A stretch of 64,000 nt of DNA from the NCBI GenBank assembly GCA_015065085.1, contig SVQW01000005.1, positions 66,936-130,935 on the forward strand, read 5' to 3'. The stretch is from Oscillospiraceae bacterium. Its GTDB lineage: Bacteria; Bacillota; Clostridia; Oscillospirales; SIG627. A program made the translations under genes and the position numbers. The notes under the pieces were generated by a model. That model saw only the letters and a list, made by a program, of their open reading frames with translations. It ran no database searches and was not told where the DNA came from. Of this stretch, positions 8,495 to 17,491 are shown piece by piece. Numbering within the stretch: position 1 is the stretch's first letter; each line of letters opens with the position of its first letter.

Positions 8495-9486
8495 AAATCC
8501 TTGCAATAGAATCCTCCTGTGATGAGACCTCTGCCGCAGTGGTGGAGGACGGCAGAAAAATATTGTCAAACGAGGTGCTTTCCCAGATAGACATCCACAA
8601 GCGCTACGGCGGAGTTGTGCCCGAAATAGCCTCCCGCGCCCACATCGAGGCAATAAGCCCCCTTGTGAAAACAGCGCTGGAGACGGCAAACGTAACTCTC
8701 GACGACATTGACGCCGTAGCCTGCACCAACCGCCCCGGGCTTATCGGTGCGCTTCTTGTGGGCGTGAATTTTGCAAAATCGCTGGCGTATTCGCTGTCCA
8801 AGCCCCTTATCCCCGTAAATCACATAATGGGTCATGTGGCGGCGAACTATCTTGTGCACGAAAATTTAAAACCGCCCTTTCTTGCGCTGGTTATTTCGGG
8901 CGGACATACTTCTGTTCTGGGAATGGACTCCTTTGCGTCATATAAAACCATCGCACGCACACGTGACGATGCCATCGGCGAAGCCTTTGACAAGGTGGCG
9001 CGTGTTATGGGACTTGAATATCCCGGCGGAAAGGAAATGGACAGACTTGCCGCCTCGGGTAATCCCAAGGCATACACCTTCCCCCAGGTTCACGTTAAGG
9101 ATGCGCCCTATGACTTTTCCTTTTCGGGTCTTAAAACCGCTGTTATAAATACTTTGCACAACAGTGAGCAAAAGGGGATTGAGGTTGTCCGCGAGGATAT
9201 TGCCGCTTCCTTTACAGCCAATGTGGTGGAAACACTGATTGACAGACTGGATAAAATACTTGCCGATTATGATTATAAATCGCTTGCCGTTGCAGGCGGA
9301 GTGAGTGCCAATTCCCACATACGGGGCGCACTTGAAAAATACTGCGCGAAAAAGGGAATAGGTCTTTATCTTCCGCCCATTTCGCTGTGCGGAGACAACG
9401 CCGCCATGATAGGAGCGCAGGCATTTTATGATTATCAGGACGGCATAACAGCCGACATTTCGCTTAATGCGTTTGCGACGCTCTAA
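8491..9486 (+). CDS. tsaD: tRNA N6-adenosine threonylcarbamoyltransferase
   Basis: ILAIESSCDETSAAV, GGVVPEIASRAH, ISGGHT and CGDNAAMIG are motifs of the Kae1/Gcp/TsaD family. Confidence 0.92.
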   Translation: MKILAIESSCDETSAAVVEDGRKILSNEVLSQIDIHKRYGGVVPEIASRAHIEAISPLVKTALETANVTLDDIDAVACTNRPGLIGALLVGVNFAKSLAYSLSKPLIPVNHIMGHVAANYLVHENLKPPFLALVISGGHTSVLGMDSFASYKTIARTRDDAIGEAFDKVARVMGLEYPGGKEMDRLAASGNPKAYTFPQVHVKDAPYDFSFSGLKTAVINTLHNSEQKGIEVVREDIAASFTANVVETLIDRLDKILADYDYKSLAVAGGVSANSHIRGALEKYCAKKGIGLYLPPISLCGDNAAMIGAQAFYDYQDGITADISLNAFATL

Positions 9487-9664
9487 GCTTTCCTTTGCCG
9501 TAATCCGAATGTGATATGGAAGAATCTTTTACTTTCCATTTGTCTTAAATGGTTTACAGTTCAAATATGCTTCGACTTCGCGGTTTCTCCGCTCCGCTTA
9601 GCATGACAGTAAAGGAAAGTGCTTCGCGTGATATTGTGTTCGTATTACAGTCGGTACAATAATT

Positions 9665-9697
9665 AAAACCTGAAACGGATTCCGTTTCAGGTTTTTT
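9665..9697 (+). terminator. Rho-independent terminator after tsaD
   Basis: Stem aacctgaaacgg / ccgtttcaggtt followed by tttttt. Confidence 0.8.
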
Positions 9698-9947
9698 CCA
9701 TAATTGCGAATTGCACATTAGAAAAAACACTCCCGTGGCACTGCCCAAGTGTTCTCAAGGACACTTGGGCAGTTTTATTCGCCTTACGGCGAGTTTTATT
9801 GCTTCGCAGTGATATTTGAACAAAGTTCAAGTGATATTGCCTCCGGCAGTTTATGGCGAATAAAATAACACTGAAATCGCAAGATTTCAATATCACTTCC
9901 CGAATGGGAAATATCACTCTGTGCGAAAGGCACAGAATATCACGATA
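9698..9947. repeat. Mosaic of intergenic repeat modules between two convergent terminators
   Basis: It contains the arm ccataattgcgaattgcacatt and the long hairpin ctgcccaagtgttc..gaacacttgggcag. The 7-mer GTGATAT/ATATCAC occurs five times, each next to a short hairpin (tgaac-aaa-gttca, ttccc-gaat-gggaa, tctgtgc-gaaa-ggcacaga). Confidence 0.7.
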
Positions 9948-9996
9948 TAAAAAAATACTACCCGGAAAAGAGCTTTGTTTTCTCTTCTTCGGGTAG
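9948..9996 (-). terminator. Rho-independent terminator downstream of the EF-G-like gene
   Basis: On the minus strand, ctacccgaagaagag..ctcttttccgggtag (15-bp stem, 2 mismatches) is followed by tattttttt. Confidence 0.65.
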
Positions 9997-10106
9997 TTTT
10001 GTCGTATACTGTTGCAAGCAGGAATTTTGTGTGCCAAATTTCGTTTATATTAAAGATAACTGTCCTTAGCAACCCTGCTCTTTCCACGGAGTTTTTTTGT
10101 TTTATT

Positions 10107-12164
10107 TTATTCCTGTTCTTTCTTTGCTTGTTCAATTATCTTCTGCGCTACGTTGGAGGGTGCTTCTGCGTAACGGTCGAAGGTGTAGGTGAAGCTTCCG
10201 CGTCCCTGAGTGGAGGCGCGCAGGGTGATGGTGAAGTTGCCCATTTCGCTCTGAGGAACCTCTGCGTCAACAACGCTGTATCCCTTGAGGAATTCGCTGG
10301 GATTCATGCCCATTACCTTGCCGCGGCGCTTGTTGATGTCGCCGATGATGTCACCCATCATGGAATCGGGTACTGTAACGCTCAGATTGCCCACGGGCTC
10401 CAGAATTACGGGATTAGCCTGCTTTAAGCCGTCCTTGAATGCCAGCGCCGCCGCCAGCTTGAACGCCATTTCCGACGAGTCAACATCGTGATATGAGCCG
10501 TCGTACAGGTTGGCTTTAAGACTTGCAACGGGGAAGCCTGCCAATACGCCCTTAGCCATACATTCCTGCAGACCTTTTTCAACTGCGGGGTGGAAGTTCT
10601 TGGGCACAGAGCCGCCGAAAATACTTTCGGTAAAGGTGAGGCCGTCCTCTTCGCCGGGTGAGAACTCTATCCATACATGACCGTACTGTCCCTTACCGCC
10701 CGACTGCTTCTTGTGTTTTCCTTCAACCTTGACGGATTTTTTGATTGCTTCGCGGTATGCAATTTTTTCGGGTTCAAGCTCAACCGTTGTACCGTAACGG
10801 GTTTTAAGACGGCTGACTATAACGTCGATATGCTGTTCGCCCAGACCGTACAGAAGCTGCTGCTTGGTTTCGGCGCGGTTTTCGTATCTGATGGAGAGGT
10901 CTTCCTCCAGAAGCTTTGCGATACCTGCGGAAATCTTATCTTCGTCGCCCTTTGCCTTAGGCACAACGGCGGTGCACAGAAGCGGCTCGGGGAAGGTGAT
11001 TTTCGCATACTGCTTGTCGTGGTCGGCGGAAAGTGTGTCGTTGGTGTTGGTGTTTACAAGCTTGGTGGTAACACCAATGTCGCCGCATGCCATTTCCTCA
11101 ACCTCTATCTGACGTTTGCCCTTGGAAACGTAGATATGAGCGAATTTTTCGGTCTGACCTGTGGTAAGGTTCTTCAGAACGTCGTCCTTTTTCAGAACAC
11201 CGCTCATGACCTTGAAGTAGGACATTTTACCTACAAACGGGTCGGCAACCGTTTTGAATACGAAGATGGAGGCGGGACCCGTTTCCTTGATTTCGATAGG
11301 TCCTTCAACACCGCGCTCAACCTTTTTGTCAAGGGGAGTGGGGTAGGACTCTGCTATGTATTCAAGGAAGTGCTCAACGCCCCAGGTGGTGGTGGCGGAG
11401 CCTGAATATACGGGAGTGATGTCGCCCGAAACCATACCGTCATGAAGCGCGGTAAGTGTTTCCTCCATGGTGAACTCTTCGCCTGTGAAGAATTTTTCCA
11501 TAAGTGCGTCGGAGGTGCCTGCAAGAGCTTCGTCCAGCATCTCTCTGTATCTGTCGATAAGTGCCTGTGCGCCGGCGGGTACATCTATCTGCTTTCTTTC
11601 GCCGTTTTCGCGGATAAACGCGGTTTTACGCGCAATATCCACAAGACATACAAGCTTGTCATTCTCTCTGAAGGGAACAACCAGCGGAACTACCGAAACA
11701 CCGAACATATCGCGCATTTCCATGAGTACTTTGCTGAAATCGGTATTTTCCTCGTCCAGATGGTTTACGAAAATGGACTTGGGAATGTTGGATTCCTGAG
11801 CGTATCTCCAGCCCAGCTCCGCGCCTACCTCAAGACCTGCTTTGGCGTTCACCACGATAAGCGCGCTTCCCGCAACACGCAGAGCCTGACGGGTCTCGGC
11901 GATAAAGTCCAGATAACCGGGAGTGTCTATAATATTGATGATTTTGTCTTTAAAATTAATGGGGGCAATGGCGGTGGAAACCGAAAAACCTCTCTTTATT
12001 TCCTCGGGGTCGTAGTCGCACATGGTGTTTCCTTCGCTGATTTTGCCCAACCGGTCAGTAGCTTTTGTAAGATACATCATAGCTTCTGCAAGAGATGTCT
12101 TTCCGCTTCCGCTGTGACCGAGCAGGGCGATATTACGAATGTTGGCAGTGCTGATGTTAGGCAT
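10107..12164 (-). CDS. Elongation factor G family GTPase (EF-G paralogue, outside a str-operon context)
   Basis: G1 motif GHSGSGKTS and G3 motif IIDTPGYLDF. The 685-aa five-domain length fits EF-G. Confidence 0.85.
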   Translation of the reverse strand: MPNISTANIRNIALLGHSGSGKTSLAEAMMYLTKATDRLGKISEGNTMCDYDPEEIKRGFSVSTAIAPINFKDKIINIIDTPGYLDFIAETRQALRVAGSALIVVNAKAGLEVGAELGWRYAQESNIPKSIFVNHLDEENTDFSKVLMEMRDMFGVSVVPLVVPFRENDKLVCLVDIARKTAFIRENGERKQIDVPAGAQALIDRYREMLDEALAGTSDALMEKFFTGEEFTMEETLTALHDGMVSGDITPVYSGSATTTWGVEHFLEYIAESYPTPLDKKVERGVEGPIEIKETGPASIFVFKTVADPFVGKMSYFKVMSGVLKKDDVLKNLTTGQTEKFAHIYVSKGKRQIEVEEMACGDIGVTTKLVNTNTNDTLSADHDKQYAKITFPEPLLCTAVVPKAKGDEDKISAGIAKLLEEDLSIRYENRAETKQQLLYGLGEQHIDVIVSRLKTRYGTTVELEPEKIAYREAIKKSVKVEGKHKKQSGGKGQYGHVWIEFSPGEEDGLTFTESIFGGSVPKNFHPAVEKGLQECMAKGVLAGFPVASLKANLYDGSYHDVDSSEMAFKLAAALAFKDGLKQANPVILEPVGNLSVTVPDSMMGDIIGDINKRRGKVMGMNPSEFLKGYSVVDAEVPQSEMGNFTITLRASTQGRGSFTYTFDRYAEAPSNVAQKIIEQAKKEQE

Positions 12165-12600
12165 AGTTTTTGTCCTCCAAATTTATAAGCGTCTGAATAA
12201 AAATCTATCTGTGGATAAGAAAACTCTTAAATTCGGCAAGATGATTAATTTCAGCGGTATGTGTTCATTATACAACATAACTTTTCCAATTTCAATAGGG
12301 AAAAATGAATTTTTCACGATAACCATGAGAAAGTGAGTAGTGTTTTTTGTGTACATTGCATAAATAAATGTTAATTTAAGGTTTTTATAACGTGTATAGA
12401 GGAAATATAACATTTTCAGACAGCACCGCGTGTATTCACGTAGAGCAAAATTCAATTCCGGCAAATGTTGCTTCAATTGCCTTTTTCATAAATATTTATA
12501 ACTTCAATTCCGCATTTGTTTGCGTAATTAACGTAGTATTTACTACCATACTTGCGGTCTGCAAAATTACTCACTTGAGTAGTATAATACTTTAAGAAAG

Positions 12601-12915
12601 ATGGGTGATAAAGTGGACATTATTGAAAGACTTTCTGCTATTCTTAAAAAATACGGCTGGACAAAGTATCGGCTTTCCAAGGAAAGCAAAATACCCGAAT
12701 CCACATTATCAAATATATTTCATCGTGGTACTGTCCCCACTATTGCAACGCTTCAGTTGATATGCGAAACAATGAATATTTCACTTGCGGAATTCTTTTC
12801 TGACGATGAGCAAGTTGTTATGACCCCCGAGCTTAAAGAATTTTACGAGGAATGGAAATTGTTACCGCCGGAAAAAAGAAAACATCTGCTTCAGACAATG
12901 AAGTGTATGCGATGA
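12601..12915 (+). CDS. XRE-family helix-turn-helix transcriptional regulator
   Basis: SKESKIPESTLSNIFHRGTVPTIATLQLICETMNISLAEFF matches an HTH_3-like pattern. The palindrome tactca-ct-tgagta overlaps its putative -10 (tataat). Confidence 0.7.
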   Translation: MGDKVDIIERLSAILKKYGWTKYRLSKESKIPESTLSNIFHRGTVPTIATLQLICETMNISLAEFFSDDEQVVMTPELKEFYEEWKLLPPEKRKHLLQTMKCMR

Positions 12916-13061
12916 GAAGCCGATTTGCGCTTCTCTTTTTTGTGTCGGCAAGGAAAAGCTGATTGGTAATAAAAATTTTCTTAAACCTATTGCAATTTCA
13001 TTTATTTTGTGTTATACTAACATATAAGCGCAATGCAAAGCTCTTTTGCGCACACAATAAT

Positions 13062-13148
13062 GCCGGAATGATGGAATTGGCAGACGTGCCGGACTCAAAA
13101 TCCGGTGGTAGCGATACCGTGCGGGTTCGACCCCCGCTTCCGGCACCA
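13062..13148 (+). tRNA. tRNA-Leu (anticodon CAA), CCA encoded
   Basis: The acceptor stem gccggaa/ttccggc pairs, and the anticodon loop is ct-CAA-aa. It has a long variable arm (class II), the T-loop ggttcgac and a terminal cacca. A hairpin terminator follows (agaaatccgaaccc..gggttcggatttct). Confidence 0.9.
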
Positions 13149-13269
13149 AACAGTAGAAATCCGAACCCAAAGCTGGTAGGCGAAGGGTTCGGATTTCTTT
13201 GCGTTTTCGCAGAAAACGAGTGTTCGGGTGATATGTGATGATAATCAGGTTTTAAATTTGCGTTTGGAA

Positions 13270-14262
13270 TCAGCTATGCTTGCTTTGCAGCTTATCGTAA
13301 AGAGTGGGAATCGTATGCTGATGATCTCCGCAAAAATGCCATCCGAGACCGCCTTTGCTGGTGGGACGGTTTACGATATTTTTTCGGGGACGGTAATAAT
13401 AGTTGGGATCATTATACCCGATCTTGGAACGGTAATCCCCCAAATCTATCAGGTCGAAATTTGCGGTGGTAATGTCAAACGTTGGGTATCCGAGATTTCT
13501 CGCAATGGACAGTGCCTTCAAAAAGACCTCCGCTCCGATCACCGCTGAGCCGAAATTCAAGAAAACGCCTCCGTCAAGATCGCAAACTGTTGCACACATT
13601 TTCTTAAAATCAATACCCGAACATTTACCGATCAGCGCCATATTGCAAGAGGGATGCTGATGAATGATATCGGTTCCGAGGGCAATGTGGTAGGTGGCCG
13701 GAATATTGTTGACGTACGCCTGATACAGTACGCAATCCTCACGGTATGGAAATTTGTCGGGATTTTCAAAAATATACTTTCCCAATGCCTCTCCGTAACC
13801 CAGATCCTGCTCGGCTCCCAATCGCAATGCCTCGTTCATCCAAGCCCCGGTCTGCTCCCACATTCCGAAGGAACCGTCCTCGATGGCAGAGGGAACGTCC
13901 TCGCTGGTTCCCCCAAGATATGCCAGCTCAAAATCGTGAATGCTTCCGGCACCATTCGATGAAATATGCGTTATGGTTTTGTTTTTTATCATTGCGATCA
14001 AATAGCGTGAAAGGCGGTTCTTGATCACGTGGGCGCCCATCGACCAAATAACAGGGCGATTGCTGCTTCTCGCCTTTGCGATTCTTTCAACCAACACGTC
14101 AAAATCGGGATGCTCGAAGTTTTCATGAGGCGTAACACCCGGTGTCATAAGATTATCAATGGTGACCAAATTTCTTCGGTCGTTTGCGTCGTATGTTTTA
14201 ATGTTATCAAATACCAGCTGCCGGTTTTTTCCTTCGCCAATAAAAATTCCTCTGGTTTCCAT
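13270..14262 (-). CDS. Deoxyhypusine-synthase-like (DHS-like NAD-binding fold) protein of unknown function
   Basis: The blocks VIWSMGAHVIKNRL..LI..IKNKTITHISSNGAGSIHDFE, NIPATYHIALGTD and GGVFLNFGSAVIGAEVF run in the same order as DHS blocks recalled from memory (TIFLGYTSNLISSG..VDVLVTTAGGVEEDL, HIPVFSPALTDGS, MIILGGGVVKHH). The functional call is tentative. Confidence 0.4.
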   Translation of the reverse strand: METRGIFIGEGKNRQLVFDNIKTYDANDRRNLVTIDNLMTPGVTPHENFEHPDFDVLVERIAKARSSNRPVIWSMGAHVIKNRLSRYLIAMIKNKTITHISSNGAGSIHDFELAYLGGTSEDVPSAIEDGSFGMWEQTGAWMNEALRLGAEQDLGYGEALGKYIFENPDKFPYREDCVLYQAYVNNIPATYHIALGTDIIHQHPSCNMALIGKCSGIDFKKMCATVCDLDGGVFLNFGSAVIGAEVFLKALSIARNLGYPTFDITTANFDLIDLGDYRSKIGYNDPNYYYRPRKNIVNRPTSKGGLGWHFCGDHQHTIPTLYDKLQSKHS

Positions 14263-14263
14263 A

Positions 14264-15034
14264 TTAATTCTCCAGCCATGTTAAAATTTTATCTACATTC
14301 TCAAAACAATCTACGAGAGCGTGTGCTCCGGCATTGGTTAACCGTTGAATCTTTACATCATCAAATCCGCACAGCTCTTTTTCTTTTCCACAGATGCCAA
14401 GCGTACAAGCACCTACGGCTTTTCCTAATCTGATCTCGACAGGTCCGTCTCCGACTACGAGAAGTCCACTGTGATTTTTCGCGATCAGTCGTTCCAAGGT
14501 TGCTTCTTTTGAGCAATTCTCACTGTGTGGTTTTGCTCCGGCAATCTCCTCAAAAAAGCAAGAAAGACCAAGCGCTTCTGCCTCTTTGATCACGTCTTCC
14601 TCATCGGTTCCGCTTGCCGCATAGAGTCGAATACCTCTTTCTTTAAGGGCAGCAAGAAATTGCTTGGATCCGCGCATGATGTAATGATCTGCTTTACCCG
14701 CTTGCGCGTCTGCTTTGTTTTTTTCCACGTTTATCATTAATCTGCGGTTGTACTCCGCCTTGTATTCCCAAGGATCAAGTGGCGTTTTCCCCTGTTGCTT
14801 AACGCGTTCGGCAAGCCATTTCATTTGAAGTATGGTTTGAATTCCGGTCGAATCTTTAATATAATCGCGAACCTCTCGTTGGTTTTCCTCGGTATATCCG
14901 TCGCCGAAAATACATTCCAGCATAAGAGGCTCCATAACGGCTTCCCAACCGCAACGAAGCGTCGACAAGGTTCCGTCAAAATCAAAAACGGCAGCAACGA
15001 TTTTTTTCTTTTCGTGTTGCTCCAAAACGATCAT
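14264..15034 (-). CDS. HAD-superfamily hydrolase (probable sugar-phosphate phosphatase)
   Basis: Motif I VFDFDGTLS and motif IV VVGDGPVE. An ATGA overlap links it to the upstream ROK gene. Confidence 0.75.
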   Translation of the reverse strand: MIVLEQHEKKKIVAAVFDFDGTLSTLRCGWEAVMEPLMLECIFGDGYTEENQREVRDYIKDSTGIQTILQMKWLAERVKQQGKTPLDPWEYKAEYNRRLMINVEKNKADAQAGKADHYIMRGSKQFLAALKERGIRLYAASGTDEEDVIKEAEALGLSCFFEEIAGAKPHSENCSKEATLERLIAKNHSGLLVVGDGPVEIRLGKAVGACTLGICGKEKELCGFDDVKIQRLTNAGAHALVDCFENVDKILTWLEN

Positions 15035-16170
15035 AAGTGCATTCCTCCATTAAAGTAATATTCCAAAGCCGTCATAGCTGCGGCATAAGCGCGTGCATTT
15101 TTTCCAAGGCAAGAAGAATACACATGAAATTGGTGTACCTTCCGTGAGAATGCAGCGCGGTCAAGAGCGCTTTCTATCATTTCCTTCAGTACAAAATCCG
15201 CATTCGTCAACTCTCCGCCCAAAACGATATTCAGAGGTTCAAATAAGTTTACGGCATTGATACAAAGGACTGAAAGAATTTTCCCTTGCTCCCGCAGCGC
15301 AGTCATTGCTTTTTGATCGCCGTTTTCGGCTCTGCATATCAGGTCATTCCAACTGCTTGCACCGGCTTTTTGCACTGTTGCCGGAATAGATGCGTATAAT
15401 TCGGCGCAACCGACGTTTCCGCAGGCGCAGGTGGGTCCGTTGATGTCTACCGTAGTATGCCCCAGCTCTCCGCCCATACCGTCTCTTCCGGTAAAAAGAT
15501 GCCCGTTCTTGATGATCGAGCAGCCGATGCCGTGGTCGGCGAGCAAAAACAGCATATCGCCATGAACGTTATTTCGGTTTTTCTCGGCAAGAGCCAGCAC
15601 GTTCGTATCCTTTTCCAAATACACCGGAAGGGCAAAACGGGAAGAAAACGCGTGTTTGATATTATAATCGTGAAAAAGATACAATCCAGATGGATTCAGT
15701 ATCATGCCTTTCGCAGAGTCAATGGGACCCGGAGCACAGATACATATTCCCAAGGGTGTGGCACCGTTGCTTACGCTAGCTAATGCAAGCGTGATCTCTT
15801 CGCAAATGAGCAAAACGGTTTTCTCGGCACTTTCAAGAAAATCCATTTTCTTTCCGAAAATCTTATTCCCTGAAAAATCAGTTAACAGTATCTCGCAGCC
15901 ATCACGGCTTAAATCAATCCCGATGGAAATGAAGGCATTGGGATTCAACTGTAGCAAAGTCGGTCTTCGTCCTGATCCGGATTTTACGACATCTCCGTTC
16001 ATGATAATGCCTTGTTCAATAAGAGAATCGGTAAGAATTGTAACGGCTGCACGAGAAAGACCCATAGCGCGGGAAAGATCTGCTCGCGATAACGGTTTTT
16101 TTCGGATCATATCTACGATCAAGCGCTGATTACTTTCTCGCATAATGGCAGAATTGTGCGCTTTTATCAT
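15031..16170 (-). CDS. ROK-family transcriptional regulator (NagC/XylR-like)
   Basis: N-terminal winged-helix (RLIVDMIRKKPLSRADLSRAMGLSRAAVT) plus a ROK sugar-kinase-like domain with the CACGNVGCAE zinc motif. I moved the start to the ATG at 16170, which has a GGAG 9 nt upstream and avoids overlap with the kinase. The track start at 16224 remains possible. Confidence 0.8.
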   Translation of the reverse strand: MIKAHNSAIMRESNQRLIVDMIRKKPLSRADLSRAMGLSRAAVTILTDSLIEQGIIMNGDVVKSGSGRRPTLLQLNPNAFISIGIDLSRDGCEILLTDFSGNKIFGKKMDFLESAEKTVLLICEEITLALASVSNGATPLGICICAPGPIDSAKGMILNPSGLYLFHDYNIKHAFSSRFALPVYLEKDTNVLALAEKNRNNVHGDMLFLLADHGIGCSIIKNGHLFTGRDGMGGELGHTTVDINGPTCACGNVGCAELYASIPATVQKAGASSWNDLICRAENGDQKAMTALREQGKILSVLCINAVNLFEPLNIVLGGELTNADFVLKEMIESALDRAAFSRKVHQFHVYSSCLGKNARAYAAAMTALEYYFNGGMHL

Positions 16171-16174
16171 TTCA

Positions 16175-17203
16175 TCATTCTCCATAACGAATAAGTTGTT
16201 CAATAAGTTCAGATGCACTCGCACTTCCAGTTGTATTCATCTTCTTCACACAAACAGATGAAGCCAGGGCGCCGATCACGCCTGCCTCACGGTCATTCGC
16301 TCCGGATGCCAGAGCCAGCGAAAACGCGGAAAGAAAGCAATCCCCCGCGCCTACCGTGTCTACGGGCGGTGCAACGGGTATAGCGTAGATTCGTGTGGCA
16401 CCGTTTTTTCGATATATCAGACATCCTCGCTCGCCAAGAGTCAAACAAACTTCAGAATCGGTTTTTCTTGCAAGACGGCAAGCTGCCATGGCTATATCAT
16501 CCTCGGTTGCGCAAAGCGACAGATCGGTTTCGATCGCATGCGCGCATTCCATTTCGTTTGGTTTCAAAATGCAGTGACGGAATCGGTCAATGCGAGATCT
16601 ACTATCCACTACCGTTAAAAGCCCCGACTGTGAAAGACCGTTGATCACTTCGCGCACTCTGTCCGTAACGCATCCATTCTCAAACTGATCGCTTACGCAA
16701 AGCACGTCGGCTGATGCCGCATAGCGTTTCAACTTCTCGATCAGCTGATCCTCCATCTCTTTAGACAGCGGAGAAAAGCTCTCAAAATCCAGACGCGGAT
16801 CCTCTACCTCTATACCGGGATATCCTTTGCGCATGGGTTTACAATAAGCGTTAGTAACTCGTCCTTTTGCCATCACAAGTCCGTCGGCGGAAATACCAAG
16901 CTCTTCCATGACGTTTTTTAAACAAACACCGCGCCAATCGTCGCCAATGACACCGATAGGGGTAAACCCGTCACAAAGTGTCGCCATATTGACTGCGACG
17001 TTACCTCCTGCGCCGGCGGAAAAGCGTTCTTCTACTATTGGCAAAGGAAAATGAGGTGTTTCTCTGGAAAGGTGACTTCTTGTCATGTCGCCAACCCAAT
17101 ACACATCAAGACACATATCACCGATCAGTACGGCTTTCACCTGCTTCATTTTTTCTAAAATCGTTTGGAGCCGTCCCTCGCTAACTCCTTGAAAATATTT
17201 CAT
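16175..17203 (-). CDS. PfkB-family carbohydrate kinase, RfaE/HldE domain-I-like
   Basis: VLIGDMCLDVYWVGDM..E.P.P...E.....GAGGNVA.N and C-terminal TVGAGDCFLSAF resemble the HldE kinase half and PfkB signatures. Confidence 0.75.
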   Translation of the reverse strand: MKYFQGVSEGRLQTILEKMKQVKAVLIGDMCLDVYWVGDMTRSHLSRETPHFPLPIVEERFSAGAGGNVAVNMATLCDGFTPIGVIGDDWRGVCLKNVMEELGISADGLVMAKGRVTNAYCKPMRKGYPGIEVEDPRLDFESFSPLSKEMEDQLIEKLKRYAASADVLCVSDQFENGCVTDRVREVINGLSQSGLLTVVDSRSRIDRFRHCILKPNEMECAHAIETDLSLCATEDDIAMAACRLARKTDSEVCLTLGERGCLIYRKNGATRIYAIPVAPPVDTVGAGDCFLSAFSLALASGANDREAGVIGALASSVCVKKMNTTGSASASELIEQLIRYGE

Positions 17204-17357
17204 AAACGTCCTCCATTGTTGATCGTGCTCTTTGGAAGATTATAGCACTAAAACAATTCAATGTCAATAGTTTGTTATATGATTTAACAAAATGTTTTTC
17301 GTTTTTTTCGGAATTGAAGCTATGTTTGGTTCGGATTTATCATCACTCACTGCACCA

Positions 17358-17392
17358 AACAGCAGGTGATGTCAGATGCATCATCTGCTGTT
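17358..17392 (+). repeat. Orphan copy of the AACAGCAGGTGAT hairpin (terminator-like, followed by gtttttgtttt)
   Basis: aacagcaggtgatg-tcaga-tgcatcatctgctgtt. The same stem sequence occurs at 23417, 55081 and 55343. No plus-strand gene lies upstream for it to terminate. Confidence 0.7.
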
Positions 17393-17457
17393 GTTTTTGT
17401 TTTAATGATGTTTTGTAAAAAATTGTTTGCGACTTTTGGAAAAGTGTCAGAAAACAC

Positions 17458-17486
17458 TTGCATTTTTTAAAAAGCAGGTGTATAAT
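17458..17486 (+). promoter_or_regulatory. Sigma-A-type promoter of the thiamine operon
   Basis: TTGCAT (17458-17463), a 17-nt spacer, then TATAAT (17481-17486), directly upstream of the riboswitch. Confidence 0.7.
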
Positions 17487-17491
17487 GTACT

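Noticed and set aside
9554-10135. Small ORFs (64, 116 and 73 aa, minus strand) in the 620-bp tsaD/EF-G spacer.
   Set aside because: They run through terminators and repeat modules and have no RBS. The repetitive hairpin structure explains them better.
12963-13238. 91-aa plus-strand ORF overlapping the tRNA-Leu gene.
   Set aside because: The tRNA gene (cloverleaf, CAA anticodon, CCA end) and its terminator explain this stretch.
13062-17203. Possible tRNA-Leu-associated genomic island or prophage remnant.
   Set aside because: I could find no integrase, phage or transposase genes, and no direct repeat of the tRNA 3' end. I report only the operon-level oddity and do not call a mobile element.
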